Assembly (NCBI GenBank): GCA_965205505.1
Contig: CBDBHB010000006.1
Location: 192,001 to 256,000, forward strand
Length of the DNA: 64,000 nucleotides
Origin: Acidobacteriota bacterium
GTDB taxonomy: Bacteria; Acidobacteriota; UBA890; WLXD01
Direction: 5' to 3'
Below, piece after piece: positions 29,209 to 39,143 of the stretch. The notes under the pieces are model-generated. The model was not told the origin of the DNA. It saw only the letters and a list, made by a program, of their open reading frames with translations, and did not search any database. Made by a program: the position numbers and the translations under genes. Numbering within the stretch: position 1 is the stretch's first letter; each line of letters opens with the position of its first letter.

Positions 29209-29256
29209 GGGTTGTCGGTAGTGGCTCAGTTCAAACTGAGCCACTACCGGGTTGTC
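29209..29256. mobile_element. 32-bp miniature element with 15-bp perfect TIRs and 8-bp flanking direct repeat
   Basis: GGGTTGTC [GGTAGTGGCTCAGTT-CA-AACTGAGCCACTACC] GGGTTGTC. Confidence 0.85.
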
Positions 29257-29330
29257 TCCAAGGTCCGGGGTACCTCGGATCCACGAAGAACCCAGACATG
29301 ATCCCATAGCCGGAGGGCGACATGACGGGG

Positions 29331-31316
29331 CTACTGGGATTCGCCGTCTTCGTTGGCCGGCTCGAGGTGGAACGGCGTCTGGACGATCCTCTCGACACCG
29401 CTCACCAGGTCCCTGACGATCACTTCGATTCGATAGTCGCGACCCGGCTCCAGGCGATTCACCTGGGCGAGCGGAATCTGCTGGCCGAGAACGTGGAAGT
29501 CGAGCACCTGAGGCGGGATTGTCGCCAGCGATCGGGTTCCTTCGAGGCCAGCAAGAAGGCGATACTGCACCTCGAGTCTCGGCTTGCCGGGCGCTCCCGG
29601 ATCGGAGCTCCACCCACTCGCCAGCAGAATCACGTCGACGATGTCGTCGCGACCGAAGTTACGGTCCAGGTCATCCTGCACCACCATACGGCCCAACCGC
29701 AATCCTTGGTAGATCGTGCGGGGGTCAATGGCCGTCTCGTCGGAGATGTGCGGAGGCCGCGCCATCAAGGGACGCGTGAGCGTCAGCTCGTCGACATCGA
29801 AGCTAGGCACCGTGAAACTCTCGTCGCGCGTCACGGCGTTGCCGCTGGTCTCGTCAAGAATTCCCCATGCCAGCCGGTATTCGCCGGGATAGAGGCTCAC
29901 ACCCAGCGACAGTGTCGGACTCTCCCGGTCGTCGCCCTCGGATTCGCCCAGACGATAAGGGATGACGAACCGGTGAATCGTGTCCTCGTTCCCGGGCTCT
30001 CCTTGGAGCACGGCGCCAAACAGCTTCAGGTGGGCATTGGGTTCTTTTGGCTCATCGGCATCCTCATCGTCAACGTCCTGATCATCAGCATCGTCTTCAT
30101 CGGCGACGTCTTGTTCATCGCCCGATTCATCGGGCTCAGCTTCCGAGACGAGCTCGTCCGCAATTGCGTCGGTCAGGAGATCGTCGCCCGTTTCCGAATC
30201 TACAGCTTCGTCGGTCGGTGTCTCGTTGTCGCTCCCGTCCGTCTCTTCCGCGTCGGCCTGGCCGTTCGCGTCGGTTTCGTCGTCCGGCTCGGTCCCGTCG
30301 TCCGCGTCAGCCTCGTCGTCCGGCTCGATCTCGTCGCTCGCGTCGGTCTCGTCATCCGGCTCGGTCTCGTCGGTCTCGTCTTCCTCTGGAATGACGAATG
30401 CCATCGATTCCTTTCCGATCTTGAACGACAGCACCGTATAGGTAGCATCCGAAGCTGGGAAGTAGTGGAAGCGATGCCGCAGTTTGAGCTCGTCGCGACT
30501 GATGCCACTGAAGACGAGCTGCATCCACACCTGCACTTCGGGCGAGACTCTGACCGGGGGAGGGCCGTCATCTTCGTCGTCGCTTTCCGCGGCGCCGTCG
30601 CCTTCCGTAGCGCCCTCGCCCTCTGCGGCGCCGTCGATCGCGGCAGACAGCTCATCATCCGTCTCTTCGCCGGCGTCATCTGGAAGATCATCGTCCTCGT
30701 CGGATTCCGCGTCGGGGTCGGCAATCGCCTCGTCGTACCCTCCCACGGACCGAGCCAGCTGCATGCGCAGCTCCGACTCAAGGCTGGCCAAAAACATCCG
30801 ATTATCGAGATCGACCACGGAAGACAGCAGGTACCCGTCGTCGACACGCTCGAACCCAACAACGCCGTCCTTCAGCAAAATGCCGTCGTTCAGCGGCTCC
30901 CGGTCGTACAACCACATGAGCTGCGGCTCGCCCTCGGTCGGCAGAGCGCGCATCTCCTGGGAATCCGGTAGCCCGAACACGATCATGACTCGCCCGCGGT
31001 CGGTGCTGTAGCCAGGGACGGCGCCCTCGGCGAACAGACGAGCGGCGCGCTCGGCGCGGCGCTCGAATATGCGCCGTACCTCGTTGGCTTCGGTGCCGGG
31101 GGTCGGGTCGCGTTCTTCCCAGAACACATTTGCGAACTCTTGCCGCTCAGCGTCGGTACGAAGGCCGGCCCAGGCAAGCAGCTCAGACTCCGACATCAGC
31201 ACCCCGATGAGATCATCGTAGGTTGCGAGCGGCGCGATCCGCTCCTGTGCGGCGGCGTGTGTAACAATCAGCAGCACTGCCAGGAGCGCGATCCAGAGAT
31301 ACTGCGGCCTGCTCAT
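29331..31316 (-). CDS. GWxTD-domain protein with long Asp/Glu-rich inserts
   Basis: Signal peptide; FWEERDPTPGTEANE, GYSTDRGRVMIVFGLPD. Confidence 0.88.
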   Translation of the reverse strand: MSRPQYLWIALLAVLLIVTHAAAQERIAPLATYDDLIGVLMSESELLAWAGLRTDAERQEFANVFWEERDPTPGTEANEVRRIFERRAERAARLFAEGAVPGYSTDRGRVMIVFGLPDSQEMRALPTEGEPQLMWLYDREPLNDGILLKDGVVGFERVDDGYLLSSVVDLDNRMFLASLESELRMQLARSVGGYDEAIADPDAESDEDDDLPDDAGEETDDELSAAIDGAAEGEGATEGDGAAESDDEDDGPPPVRVSPEVQVWMQLVFSGISRDELKLRHRFHYFPASDATYTVLSFKIGKESMAFVIPEEDETDETEPDDETDASDEIEPDDEADADDGTEPDDETDANGQADAEETDGSDNETPTDEAVDSETGDDLLTDAIADELVSEAEPDESGDEQDVADEDDADDQDVDDEDADEPKEPNAHLKLFGAVLQGEPGNEDTIHRFVIPYRLGESEGDDRESPTLSLGVSLYPGEYRLAWGILDETSGNAVTRDESFTVPSFDVDELTLTRPLMARPPHISDETAIDPRTIYQGLRLGRMVVQDDLDRNFGRDDIVDVILLASGWSSDPGAPGKPRLEVQYRLLAGLEGTRSLATIPPQVLDFHVLGQQIPLAQVNRLEPGRDYRIEVIVRDLVSGVERIVQTPFHLEPANEDGESQ

Positions 31317-31603
31317 CGGCTCGGGGGGGCTTCGGAAGGGCGATAAGATCACACCGAGCTGCGCCTCGGCGCGGCAGACCCCGAGTATAGTCCATACCCC
31401 TCGACCCGTAGACGGTTGCTGGCCGCGCCGGTTTCTAACAATGGCAAGAGCTTCCCTTCACGTGCTCCAGAATGGCGCTCTGCAGATGCGGCGAGAGCCG
31501 CAAAGCGCAGGCCGGCATAGGGTGGAGATGGCGAACCTGGATAACGACGGCGAGATCGCGCAGCCCCCAACGGACGACCCTTGTTTCGCGCCCTGAGTCG
31601 GCC

Positions 31604-33301
31604 ATGAGGCTTTCGGCGAGCACGCTTGTGGCGCTGATCGCGCTGGGCTCACCTCTAGGCGGAACTGGCATCCAGTTGCCGCTGCCGGTGGTGTTTTCCG
31701 ACGCTACGGCGGAGGTCGAGCTGCGCTTTCGCCACCACAACGGCGGGTTCGGTGAGCGCTACATGGTCGAGACCATGGGCTCAGGGCTGGCAGCGGCCGA
31801 TCTCGATGCCGATGGCTGGCTTGACGTGTACCTTGCGCAGGGCGCGCTTACCCCGGGCGGAGAATCGCCGCCGGTGGGTGGCAACATGCTGCTGAGGGGC
31901 CACCCGTCCGGCCGGTTCATCACTACGCCCCCGTCGACCGGCGTCGAAAGCGAGGCCTGGTCACTGGGCGTGGCTGCGGCCGACTACGACGACGATGGAT
32001 ACACCGATATCTACGTCACGAACCTCGGCCCCAATCAGCTCTTCCGCAACAACGGCGACGGCAGCTTCAGCGAGGTCGGCGCCGCCGTCGGGGTCGATGA
32101 CCAGCAGTGGGGGGCCTCAGCAGCGTGGGGTGACATCGACAACGATGGTCACCTCGATCTGTATGTAACCAACTACGTCGACTTCGCGTGGGACAACCAC
32201 AAGTTCTGCGGCAACCCGCAGCGCAACCTGCGCGCCTACTGCCACCCCGACGTCTACGGTGCCCTTGCGGATCGCCTGTACCTCAACCAAGGCGATGGCA
32301 ACTTCGTCGACATCGCGGCGCAGGCCGGGGTTGCCGATACGGTCGACGGCAAGGGACTGGGAGTCGTCTTCGGCGACCACGACGACGACGGAGACGTCGA
32401 CATCTACGTGGCCAATGACTCGACGCGCAACTTCCTCTACATCAACAACGGCGATGGCGTGTTTGGCGAGGATGGGCTGTTGGCCGGGGTGGCCTTCAGC
32501 GCCGACGGGCAAGCGGAGGGAGGCATGGGCACGGACTGGGGGGACTTCGATGGTGATCAGCGTCTCGACGTCGTAGTCACTAACCTCGACCTGGAGACCA
32601 ACTCGCTGTACCGGAACCTCGGCAGCGGAGTTTTTGCCGACGTGACCTTCGCCAAGGGCCTCGGGGAGCCCAGCCTGCGGCACGTGGGCTTCGGGACGAA
32701 CTGGGACGATTTTGACAACGATACCGATCTCGACCTGTTCGTAGCCAACGGCCACATCATCGACAACATCGCCGAATTTCGCGACAGCATCACCTACGCC
32801 CAACCCAATCATCTGTTCGTGAACGACGGAACCGGAGCGTTCACGGAGCGCAGCGCCGACGCAGGCAGCGGCTTCGAGATCGTTAAAGTGTCACGCGGTT
32901 CAGTTACGGGCGACTTCGACAACGATGGAGACCTCGACTTGATCGTCACCAACAACGATCAGACGACGGACTACCTACGCAACGATGGTGGAAACGAGGC
33001 CGGCAACTGGGTTCAGCTACGCTTCGTGGGCCGGCGTGCCAATCGAACCGGCGCTGGAACGCGCGTCGTCGTTTCCGAGGGAACCGATCGGCCCCTGCTA
33101 CGCGAGCTACGCATCGGATCTTCGTATTGCAGCTCCGGCCCGTCAACGATGCACATCGGGCTCGGTGCAGCAACCAGCGTGACCCTGTCAGTGCGCTGGC
33201 CCGGAGGCGACACCGAGGTGCTCGGCGGTATCGATGCCGGACGTGCGTACGTGATTCAGCAGGGTCGCGGCATTATCGCGAGCCGCGCGGCCGCGCGCTA
33301 G
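31604..33301 (+). CDS. CRTAC1-family protein (FG-GAP/VCBS repeats + ASPIC/UnbV domain)
   Basis: Repeated DxDxDGxxD motifs (ADLDADGWLD, DYDDDGYTD, DIDNDGHLD, DFDNDGDLD); C-terminal HIGLG..VRWPGG. Confidence 0.9.
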   Translation: MRLSASTLVALIALGSPLGGTGIQLPLPVVFSDATAEVELRFRHHNGGFGERYMVETMGSGLAAADLDADGWLDVYLAQGALTPGGESPPVGGNMLLRGHPSGRFITTPPSTGVESEAWSLGVAAADYDDDGYTDIYVTNLGPNQLFRNNGDGSFSEVGAAVGVDDQQWGASAAWGDIDNDGHLDLYVTNYVDFAWDNHKFCGNPQRNLRAYCHPDVYGALADRLYLNQGDGNFVDIAAQAGVADTVDGKGLGVVFGDHDDDGDVDIYVANDSTRNFLYINNGDGVFGEDGLLAGVAFSADGQAEGGMGTDWGDFDGDQRLDVVVTNLDLETNSLYRNLGSGVFADVTFAKGLGEPSLRHVGFGTNWDDFDNDTDLDLFVANGHIIDNIAEFRDSITYAQPNHLFVNDGTGAFTERSADAGSGFEIVKVSRGSVTGDFDNDGDLDLIVTNNDQTTDYLRNDGGNEAGNWVQLRFVGRRANRTGAGTRVVVSEGTDRPLLRELRIGSSYCSSGPSTMHIGLGAATSVTLSVRWPGGDTEVLGGIDAGRAYVIQQGRGIIASRAAAR

Positions 33302-33334
33302 CCAGACAGCCCGCTATGCTTCCAACGTGGCCTG

Positions 33335-35506
33335 CTAGCGCTCTTCGCCGGACGTAATTGCTTCGAGCAAGCGCTGCGTTTGCGGTTGGTCGGGATCGAT
33401 CTCGAGCGACTGCAGGAGCAGCTCGCGAGTGCGATCGACGCGACCGTCGGCGTAGTACTCGGACGCCAGCGCATTGAGCAGCGCGGGAGTCTCCTCTGCG
33501 CCGGCGATGCGGGCTCGCTCGTAGAAACGGATCGCGTCGTAGTGCTCGGCGAGCTGAGCGTTGACTTCACCCAGCAGAATCAACAGCTCGCTGTTGTTCG
33601 GATCGTTGGCAGTACGCGGCGTCAGCAGCGCGTTGAGCTCGCTGTAGCGTCCGGCGTCCTGGAGCAGCTCGATCTGTAGCTTCAATGCCGATTCCAAGTC
33701 GGGCTCCCGCCGTAACGCGTAGGCGAGCTCGGAGATCGCCTCATCCGTGCGGCCGACCGTGCGAAGCTGCTGAGCCCTCGCAACCCGAACCCGCGCGGCA
33801 GTGGCCGGCGGGTTAGGCAGCGAGTGCACGTGCGGCCGCTGGTACGACCCGGCATCGACGATCCGTAGCGGCATCGTCGAGCGTCGCTCGAGTCCCTCCA
33901 ACTCGGTCGTGAGCGAATAGGCTCCAGGAGGTAGCTGTCGCAGGCTGATCTCCGCAAAGTAGTTGATCACGCCGTGTTGATCGCGGCCGCCGGGATCGAC
34001 GCGGTCCACCTTCTCGATGAGCGTTTCCCCTCGGGCGCCATGCACTACCGTTCGCACCACGACAGGCTCGATTCGGTCCGGCGGCACGAACAACTGCCGG
34101 AAGACGGTCGCCGTGCCATCGGCAGGAAAGTCGTTGTCGATGGCCGGAACCATGCTGTGAGCGCCTACCTGGAACGCATAGTGCGCGCTGAAGGCATTGT
34201 AGGTATCAGGCGAGGTATTCACTTCGCGCACGAGCAACGGCTCGCCGGCCTCCAGGCGCTCGCCGCCGACTCCGGGAAACAGGAGCCTGATCTCGGCACG
34301 CCCGAACTCGCGAGTAACATTGTTCTCCACCATCAGCCCCAGCGTGTAGTCGCCGCTGATGGTCGGCAGCCGTTCCATGTAGGCCACCGGCCCACGGCGC
34401 AACCGGCGCGCCGTCTCGGCATCGATGTCGGCTTGCAAGGCTCGCGGTTCGCGACTGTGGAGGAACCGGGACTGGTCGTCACGAAGCGTGCTGCCGATCT
34501 CGAACGTGAAGTAGTACTTGTCCTCGTAGTTGGCCAGATTCAGTCGACTTCCCTCAGTGCGGAAGGCGTGATGAATAAACGGGATACCCGAGGGATCGAT
34601 GATGACGGCGGCGATAGCCTGCAGCGGCAGAGTTTCGAAGCGAACGTCGGACTCGGTCGACCCGGTAAGCACGTTGTAGGCCCATGTTGCCCGCGGCATC
34701 AGCTTGTCGGGGATCTCGAACACCTGCTGCAGGAGCATCTCTGATCGCAACGGCGAGACCACTCCTCCGAGGCCCTCCCCCGGCACCAGGCTGCGCGCGG
34801 CACTAGCCAGCTCCGCGTTTACCCCCTGCAGCATCCGAAGCGCCAGGCTGTCCTCGGTCGAAGCGAAGCCGCCTCGACCCCGGAACCGATCGGTATCGCC
34901 ACTCAAAACCTGCGACTGCACCGCGGGGTTCAGCAGCTTGACCAGTCCATCCATTGCCGGGCTCCACAGCCGATAGGCGCCGTAGCCACGCTCCTTGAAG
35001 AAAACAACGTAGAAGAACGGCGACGGGATGAGACCAGGATCAACGCTGTAGAACCACACCTCGGCGGGCACAGCGGCGTCGGTATTGGGCAATCGAGTAA
35101 CCCCCTGCGGCTTGCCCAACAGGATCCAGATTCGTCCCTGATCTGTCGACCATCCGGGCCTCGGTGTATCACGGCCGATGTTCCTGGCGATGTACTCGAG
35201 GCGCTCGTAATGCTGGTCGAAGTACTCGTTCTGCACTGTCCCCGGACTGGGATCTCGATGAGTCCAGAATTGTTCGATGAACCGGTCGCGGCGCGCGTCG
35301 GTGTCGAGTCGCTCGAAGACCTCGCGCTCGTCTTTGGTGATGATCCATACGACCTCCTCCTCGACCCACTCGCGATAACGCTCGTCGATATCGTCAAGGT
35401 CGTACTTCGGGAAACTGCGGAGGTCCACGTTCTGTGCGAACGCCGGTTGTGGGGCCATCGTGGCAGCAACTAGCAGGAGTATGAGTAAGGCGCGGTTTTG
35501 GGTCAT
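33335..35506 (-). CDS. GWxTD-domain protein with C-terminal TPRs
   Basis: Signal peptide; WVEEEVVWIIT..E, FWTHRDPSPGT..NE, GWSTDQGRIWILLGKP. Confidence 0.9.
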   Translation of the reverse strand: MTQNRALLILLLVAATMAPQPAFAQNVDLRSFPKYDLDDIDERYREWVEEEVVWIITKDEREVFERLDTDARRDRFIEQFWTHRDPSPGTVQNEYFDQHYERLEYIARNIGRDTPRPGWSTDQGRIWILLGKPQGVTRLPNTDAAVPAEVWFYSVDPGLIPSPFFYVVFFKERGYGAYRLWSPAMDGLVKLLNPAVQSQVLSGDTDRFRGRGGFASTEDSLALRMLQGVNAELASAARSLVPGEGLGGVVSPLRSEMLLQQVFEIPDKLMPRATWAYNVLTGSTESDVRFETLPLQAIAAVIIDPSGIPFIHHAFRTEGSRLNLANYEDKYYFTFEIGSTLRDDQSRFLHSREPRALQADIDAETARRLRRGPVAYMERLPTISGDYTLGLMVENNVTREFGRAEIRLLFPGVGGERLEAGEPLLVREVNTSPDTYNAFSAHYAFQVGAHSMVPAIDNDFPADGTATVFRQLFVPPDRIEPVVVRTVVHGARGETLIEKVDRVDPGGRDQHGVINYFAEISLRQLPPGAYSLTTELEGLERRSTMPLRIVDAGSYQRPHVHSLPNPPATAARVRVARAQQLRTVGRTDEAISELAYALRREPDLESALKLQIELLQDAGRYSELNALLTPRTANDPNNSELLILLGEVNAQLAEHYDAIRFYERARIAGAEETPALLNALASEYYADGRVDRTRELLLQSLEIDPDQPQTQRLLEAITSGEER

Positions 35507-35689
35507 CACAGGCCGGTCTTGTTTGGGCGATGCCGGTAGGGATCGCGCGATTAGGAATTATACGCCTCGAGACTACCGTGGCGCCGCGACTGGCCCGCTC
35601 GCGACGTAGGCTGGACCGATCTTTCCGCCTCCTGGCGGGTGCGGGCCAGACCCACCACACTTCCACCACGGCCTGCTAGGATTGCGCAG

Positions 35690-36190
35690 ATGGGCAACGA
35701 GGGCCTCACGCATCTGGACGAGCAAGGTCGAGCTCGGATGGTCGATGTGGGCGACAAGCCCGCGAGTGAGCGGCGCGCCGTGGCGTCGGGATGCCTGGTC
35801 ATGTCAGCGAGCACGCTGGATCTTGTCCTCGCTGGCGAGGTGCCCAAGGGGAACGTCGTCGAGGTCGCCCGCATTGCCGGGATCCAGGCAGCCAAGCGAA
35901 CCGCCGAGCTGATTCCTCTGTGCCACACGCTGCCGCTGTCTTACGTCGATGTTGAAGTCGAACCCGACGCCAACGGATTGCGCGTCACTGCGACGGCTGC
36001 CACCACCGCCGCCACCGGGGTAGAGATGGAGGCGCTAACCGCCGCCGCGGTCGCGTTGCTGACCCTGTACGACATGTGCAAGGCGATCGAGAAGGGCATG
36101 CGCGTTGTCGATTTGCGCCTGGAGGAGAAGACCGGTGGGCGCAGCGGCACATGGGCGCGAACGAAAACAGGGAACCGCGGTTCACAGTAG
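35690..36190 (+). CDS. moaC: cyclic pyranopterin monophosphate synthase
   Basis: LTHLD..G.ARMVDVG.K, LIPLCH, TGVEMEAL, YDMCKA; probably leaderless (TGcTAGGAT 7 nt upstream). Confidence 0.96.
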   Translation: MGNEGLTHLDEQGRARMVDVGDKPASERRAVASGCLVMSASTLDLVLAGEVPKGNVVEVARIAGIQAAKRTAELIPLCHTLPLSYVDVEVEPDANGLRVTATAATTAATGVEMEALTAAAVALLTLYDMCKAIEKGMRVVDLRLEEKTGGRSGTWARTKTGNRGSQ

Positions 36191-36206
36191 CGGAAAAGAT
36201 TTGCCC
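36170..36206. promoter_or_regulatory. tandem putative bEBP binding sites (UAS)
   Basis: GGGAAC-CGCG-GTTCAC and CGGAAA-AGAT-TTGCCC, 21 bp apart, about 95-130 bp upstream of a sigma54 promoter. Confidence 0.6.
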
Positions 36207-36298
36207 ACGGCGCGAGACTTCGTACTGAATGACGGCGGCCAGGCCCGGACATCCGGGGGCTGACCCGAGCGGCCAGCGTGCCGGGCCGCCGCCGCCGC

Positions 36299-36314
36299 TG
36301 GCACGCCCATTGCT
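36299..36314 (+). promoter_or_regulatory. sigma54 (-24/-12) promoter
   Basis: TGGCAC-GCCCA-TTGCT, consensus match, 60 bp upstream of ATG 36374. Confidence 0.85.
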
Positions 36315-36373
36315 CCAATTCGGGGTAGCTGTGTACTCGCTGCCAGCCTCACGGCAGCCACCCCCGAGGATCG

Positions 36374-37897
36374 ATGGTCCAGCTCTTCCAGCGCTACGTA
36401 CCCTACAGTAGCGTCGTTCATTTCATGGTTCAGAGCTTGCTTTGCCTGACCGCGTTCACGCTCGTCGTTCAGGTAGCCTGATACACGCAGCTCGATCCGA
36501 CCCTACCGTCGCTGGCGGGTGTGCGCCTCGGCCGTATCGCGACGACCGTGGCCACGTTGGTCAGCGTCTTCTATCTCACCGGATACTTCGAGCGGCGCAA
36601 CCATCTGAGCACGGCGCTGTTCGTGCCGCGTCTTATTCAGGCGGTGCCACTGTCGGCGGCGACGCTCGCCCTGTTGTACCAATTCGTACCGTCGGTGGCA
36701 CTGGGCTGGGAGGTGGCCGGAGCCGGGCTGGGGCTGATGGCCCTGATGATGATCGCGTGGCATTGCGTCGCCCCGAGCATGGTGAGCGAGGATACGCTGG
36801 CCGAGAACATCCTCTTGATCGGCGACGGCGAGCTTGCCTACCAGGTTGCTGATCGCGTCGGCAACGCCGCCCCGTGGGGCTTCCGCCTAATTGGCTACGT
36901 GCCGGTGGACGATGCCCCGCCGTACGATGCGGCGCCCCACGAGGCCCGGGCATCGCCCAGCGCCATCGCCCATCGGCTACGCGGCGGCGGCGCTGTTGGC
37001 AACACCGCCCTGGCGCTCGACGCAGACTCTCGTGTGCTGCCGTTCCCGGTCCCTTTGCGAATCGACGCGCCGGCGCTGGGGCGGCTCCAGGACCTCGATG
37101 CGATTCTCAGTGAGCGCGACGTCCACACGATCGTCGTGGCTCTGAGCGACCGCCGCGGCAAGCTGCCGCTGGCAGCACTGATCCGGGCGAAGCTTCGCGG
37201 TGTAGCCGTGTTCGACGCCATCGAGTTCTACGAGCGGCTTACGGGACGGCTGCTCGTATCGCGGATGCGACCCAGCACGATCATCTTCTCCGACGGTTTC
37301 GCGCCCGGTCGCATCAGCCGCGCCATGAAGCGATTCCTCGACGTGGCTGTGGCTTCGACGCTGCTGGTGATCAGCGCACCCGTGCAGCTGCTCGTTGCAA
37401 TCGCCGTGGCGCTTACCTCGCGCGGTCCGGTGCTCTTCCGGCAAGGGCGCACCGGTATTGCCGGGCTGCCCTTCACGATCCTCAAGTTCCGCACCATGCG
37501 GGTCGACGCCGAGAGTGAAGGCCCCCGTTGGGCAGCCGAAAACGATGATCGCATCACCTCGATCGGCCGCTTCCTGCGCACCTCGCGGCTCAATGAGCTG
37601 CCGCAACTCTGGAACATCCTCCTGGGGCACATGAGCTTCGTTGGCCCGCGGCCGGAGCAACCGGCTTTCGTAAGGATGCTGCGCAATCGAATCCCCTACT
37701 ACGACCAACGTCACGTGATTCGACCCGGCCTAACCGGATGGGCGCAGGTCAAGTATCCGTACGGTGCCAGCGTGGAGGAGACGGTGGAGAAGCTCGAATA
37801 CGACCTCTACTACATCAAGCACAGCTCGATCGCCTTCGACGTCACGATCATGTTCGAGACGGTGCGCGTGATGCTGACCGGCAAGGGTGCGCGATGA
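36374..37897 (+). pseudogene. priming sugar (phosphoglycosyl) transferase, XrtA/PEP-CTERM EPS type, with in-frame TGA at 36479-36481
   Basis: RBS + MVQLFQRYVP N-terminus in frame with the 36521 ORF; KFRTM, ELPQLWN..G.MSFVGPRPE, PGLTGWAQV, DLYYIK. Confidence 0.8.
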
Positions 37898-38060
37898 AGC
37901 CCGCTGCGCATACCAACTTGCTGACGATCGTCGTTGAGGACTATTTCCACGCTACCGGATTGGGCGGCACCAGCATACGGGACCGCTGGGATAAGCTGCC
38001 CGGCCGCGTCGAGTACAACACTCGCCGTCTGCTGCGAGTGCTCGACCGGCATACGCCTGC
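37894..38060 (+). pseudogene. polysaccharide deacetylase (XrtA-system type), N-terminal fragment only
   Basis: NLLTIVVEDYFH..RW...RVEYNTRRLL..LDRH, then similarity ends before the expected ATFF motif. Confidence 0.75.
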
Positions 38061-39080
38061 CGCGTCGCCGCGTCGCAGCCAACGAGGTCGTCCAGGTATC
38101 AATGGCGTCGGAGGATGAGAACCCAGGCGAGGCACCAGCGGTGCTCAGCGGATGGTTGCGCGCAAAGCCAAAGTGCCCAATCAGGTTCCAGCGGGCTGTC
38201 TGAGTGCCGATGCTGGCGGTGGCGCGATCACGGATCGTCGGGCGGCCGAGTCCGGTCGTGAATCCGACATCACGCTCTGCTAACAATCCGAGGGGAATTC
38301 GATCCAGCGTGTGGCTCAGGCGCGCGCTAGCAACGTAACCGGGCGAGCCGAGCGCGTCGGCAAACGCGACTCCGCCAGCTTCTTGCGTCTCCTGCAACCA
38401 CAACACGCCGCCTCGAAGGCGGAGCGTTGTGTGCCGCCGCACTTGATAGTCGAGTCCGCCGCTGGCGGATACCGTGCGGGCCTTCGACCCGCTATCGAAG
38501 CGACCGAGGCTGGCGCTGACACCGGCGAATAACGAGACGCGCTAGGTCACACCGTGACCGTAGCCGACGGACAACGAATAGCGATCGCTGCCAGCAAGCG
38601 TCTGATCGGTGCCCGCCTGATCGGGAAAGCGAAGACGGCGATATCGAGCCGTCATTGAAACACTGTCGCGGGGCGTTAGCTGATGCACGAGCGCAGCATC
38701 GACGTCGGCTCGCGCCTGTCGCGATCGCGGTACGATGATCTCGGTAGCATCGAGCCCACGCAGCTCGTTGGAAACATACGGCCCGACTGCTCGAAGCTAC
38801 TCGCTATCTGGCTGTCGCTGTAGCGCTGATAACCTGGCGTATAGCTGAAGTCGGCACTCCAGCGCGGTCCGCGGAGCCGGAACGGCAGATCCGCGCTCAC
38901 CGCCACGAACCCCGACTCGCGGGGATCACCGACGAGCCGTAGCGGGTTGCTGCTGAGGCTGCCTAGCAGGGTGAGCGAGGGCGCGAAGGTCGAGCGGCTT
39001 GTAGACTGCGCCAGCGCCACTCCGGACAGGCCCACCGTCACGAAGGCCATGAGCACGGCAACTAGCCGCGACACGGGCAC
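38060..39080 (-). pseudogene. outer-membrane beta-barrel protein, disrupted
   Basis: Signal peptide (..VALA|Q), alternating beta-strand pattern continuing across a frame change near 38780 and an in-frame TAG at 38542-38544; 3' end lost. Confidence 0.65.
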
Positions 39081-39105
39081 CTGCGCGAGGGCGCGACGGC
39101 CGCAA

Positions 39106-39143
39106 TTCGCTAGGGCACATATATTTCGCTAGGGCACATATAT
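39106..39143. repeat. perfect 19-bp tandem duplication spanning a stop codon
   Basis: TTCGCTAGGGCACATATAT x2. Confidence 0.95.

Noticed and set aside
29322-30971. 549-aa plus-strand ORF and similar long antisense ORFs (e.g. 9477-10940 alternate frame, 24010-24963)
   Set aside because: Shadows of real genes in high-GC DNA with strong codon bias; no recognisable motifs.
36479-36481. In-frame TGA read as selenocysteine because selA is present
   Set aside because: It lies in a membrane N-terminal segment with no redox Cys context, I see no convincing SECIS, and neighbouring genes are also broken; a nonsense mutation is simpler.
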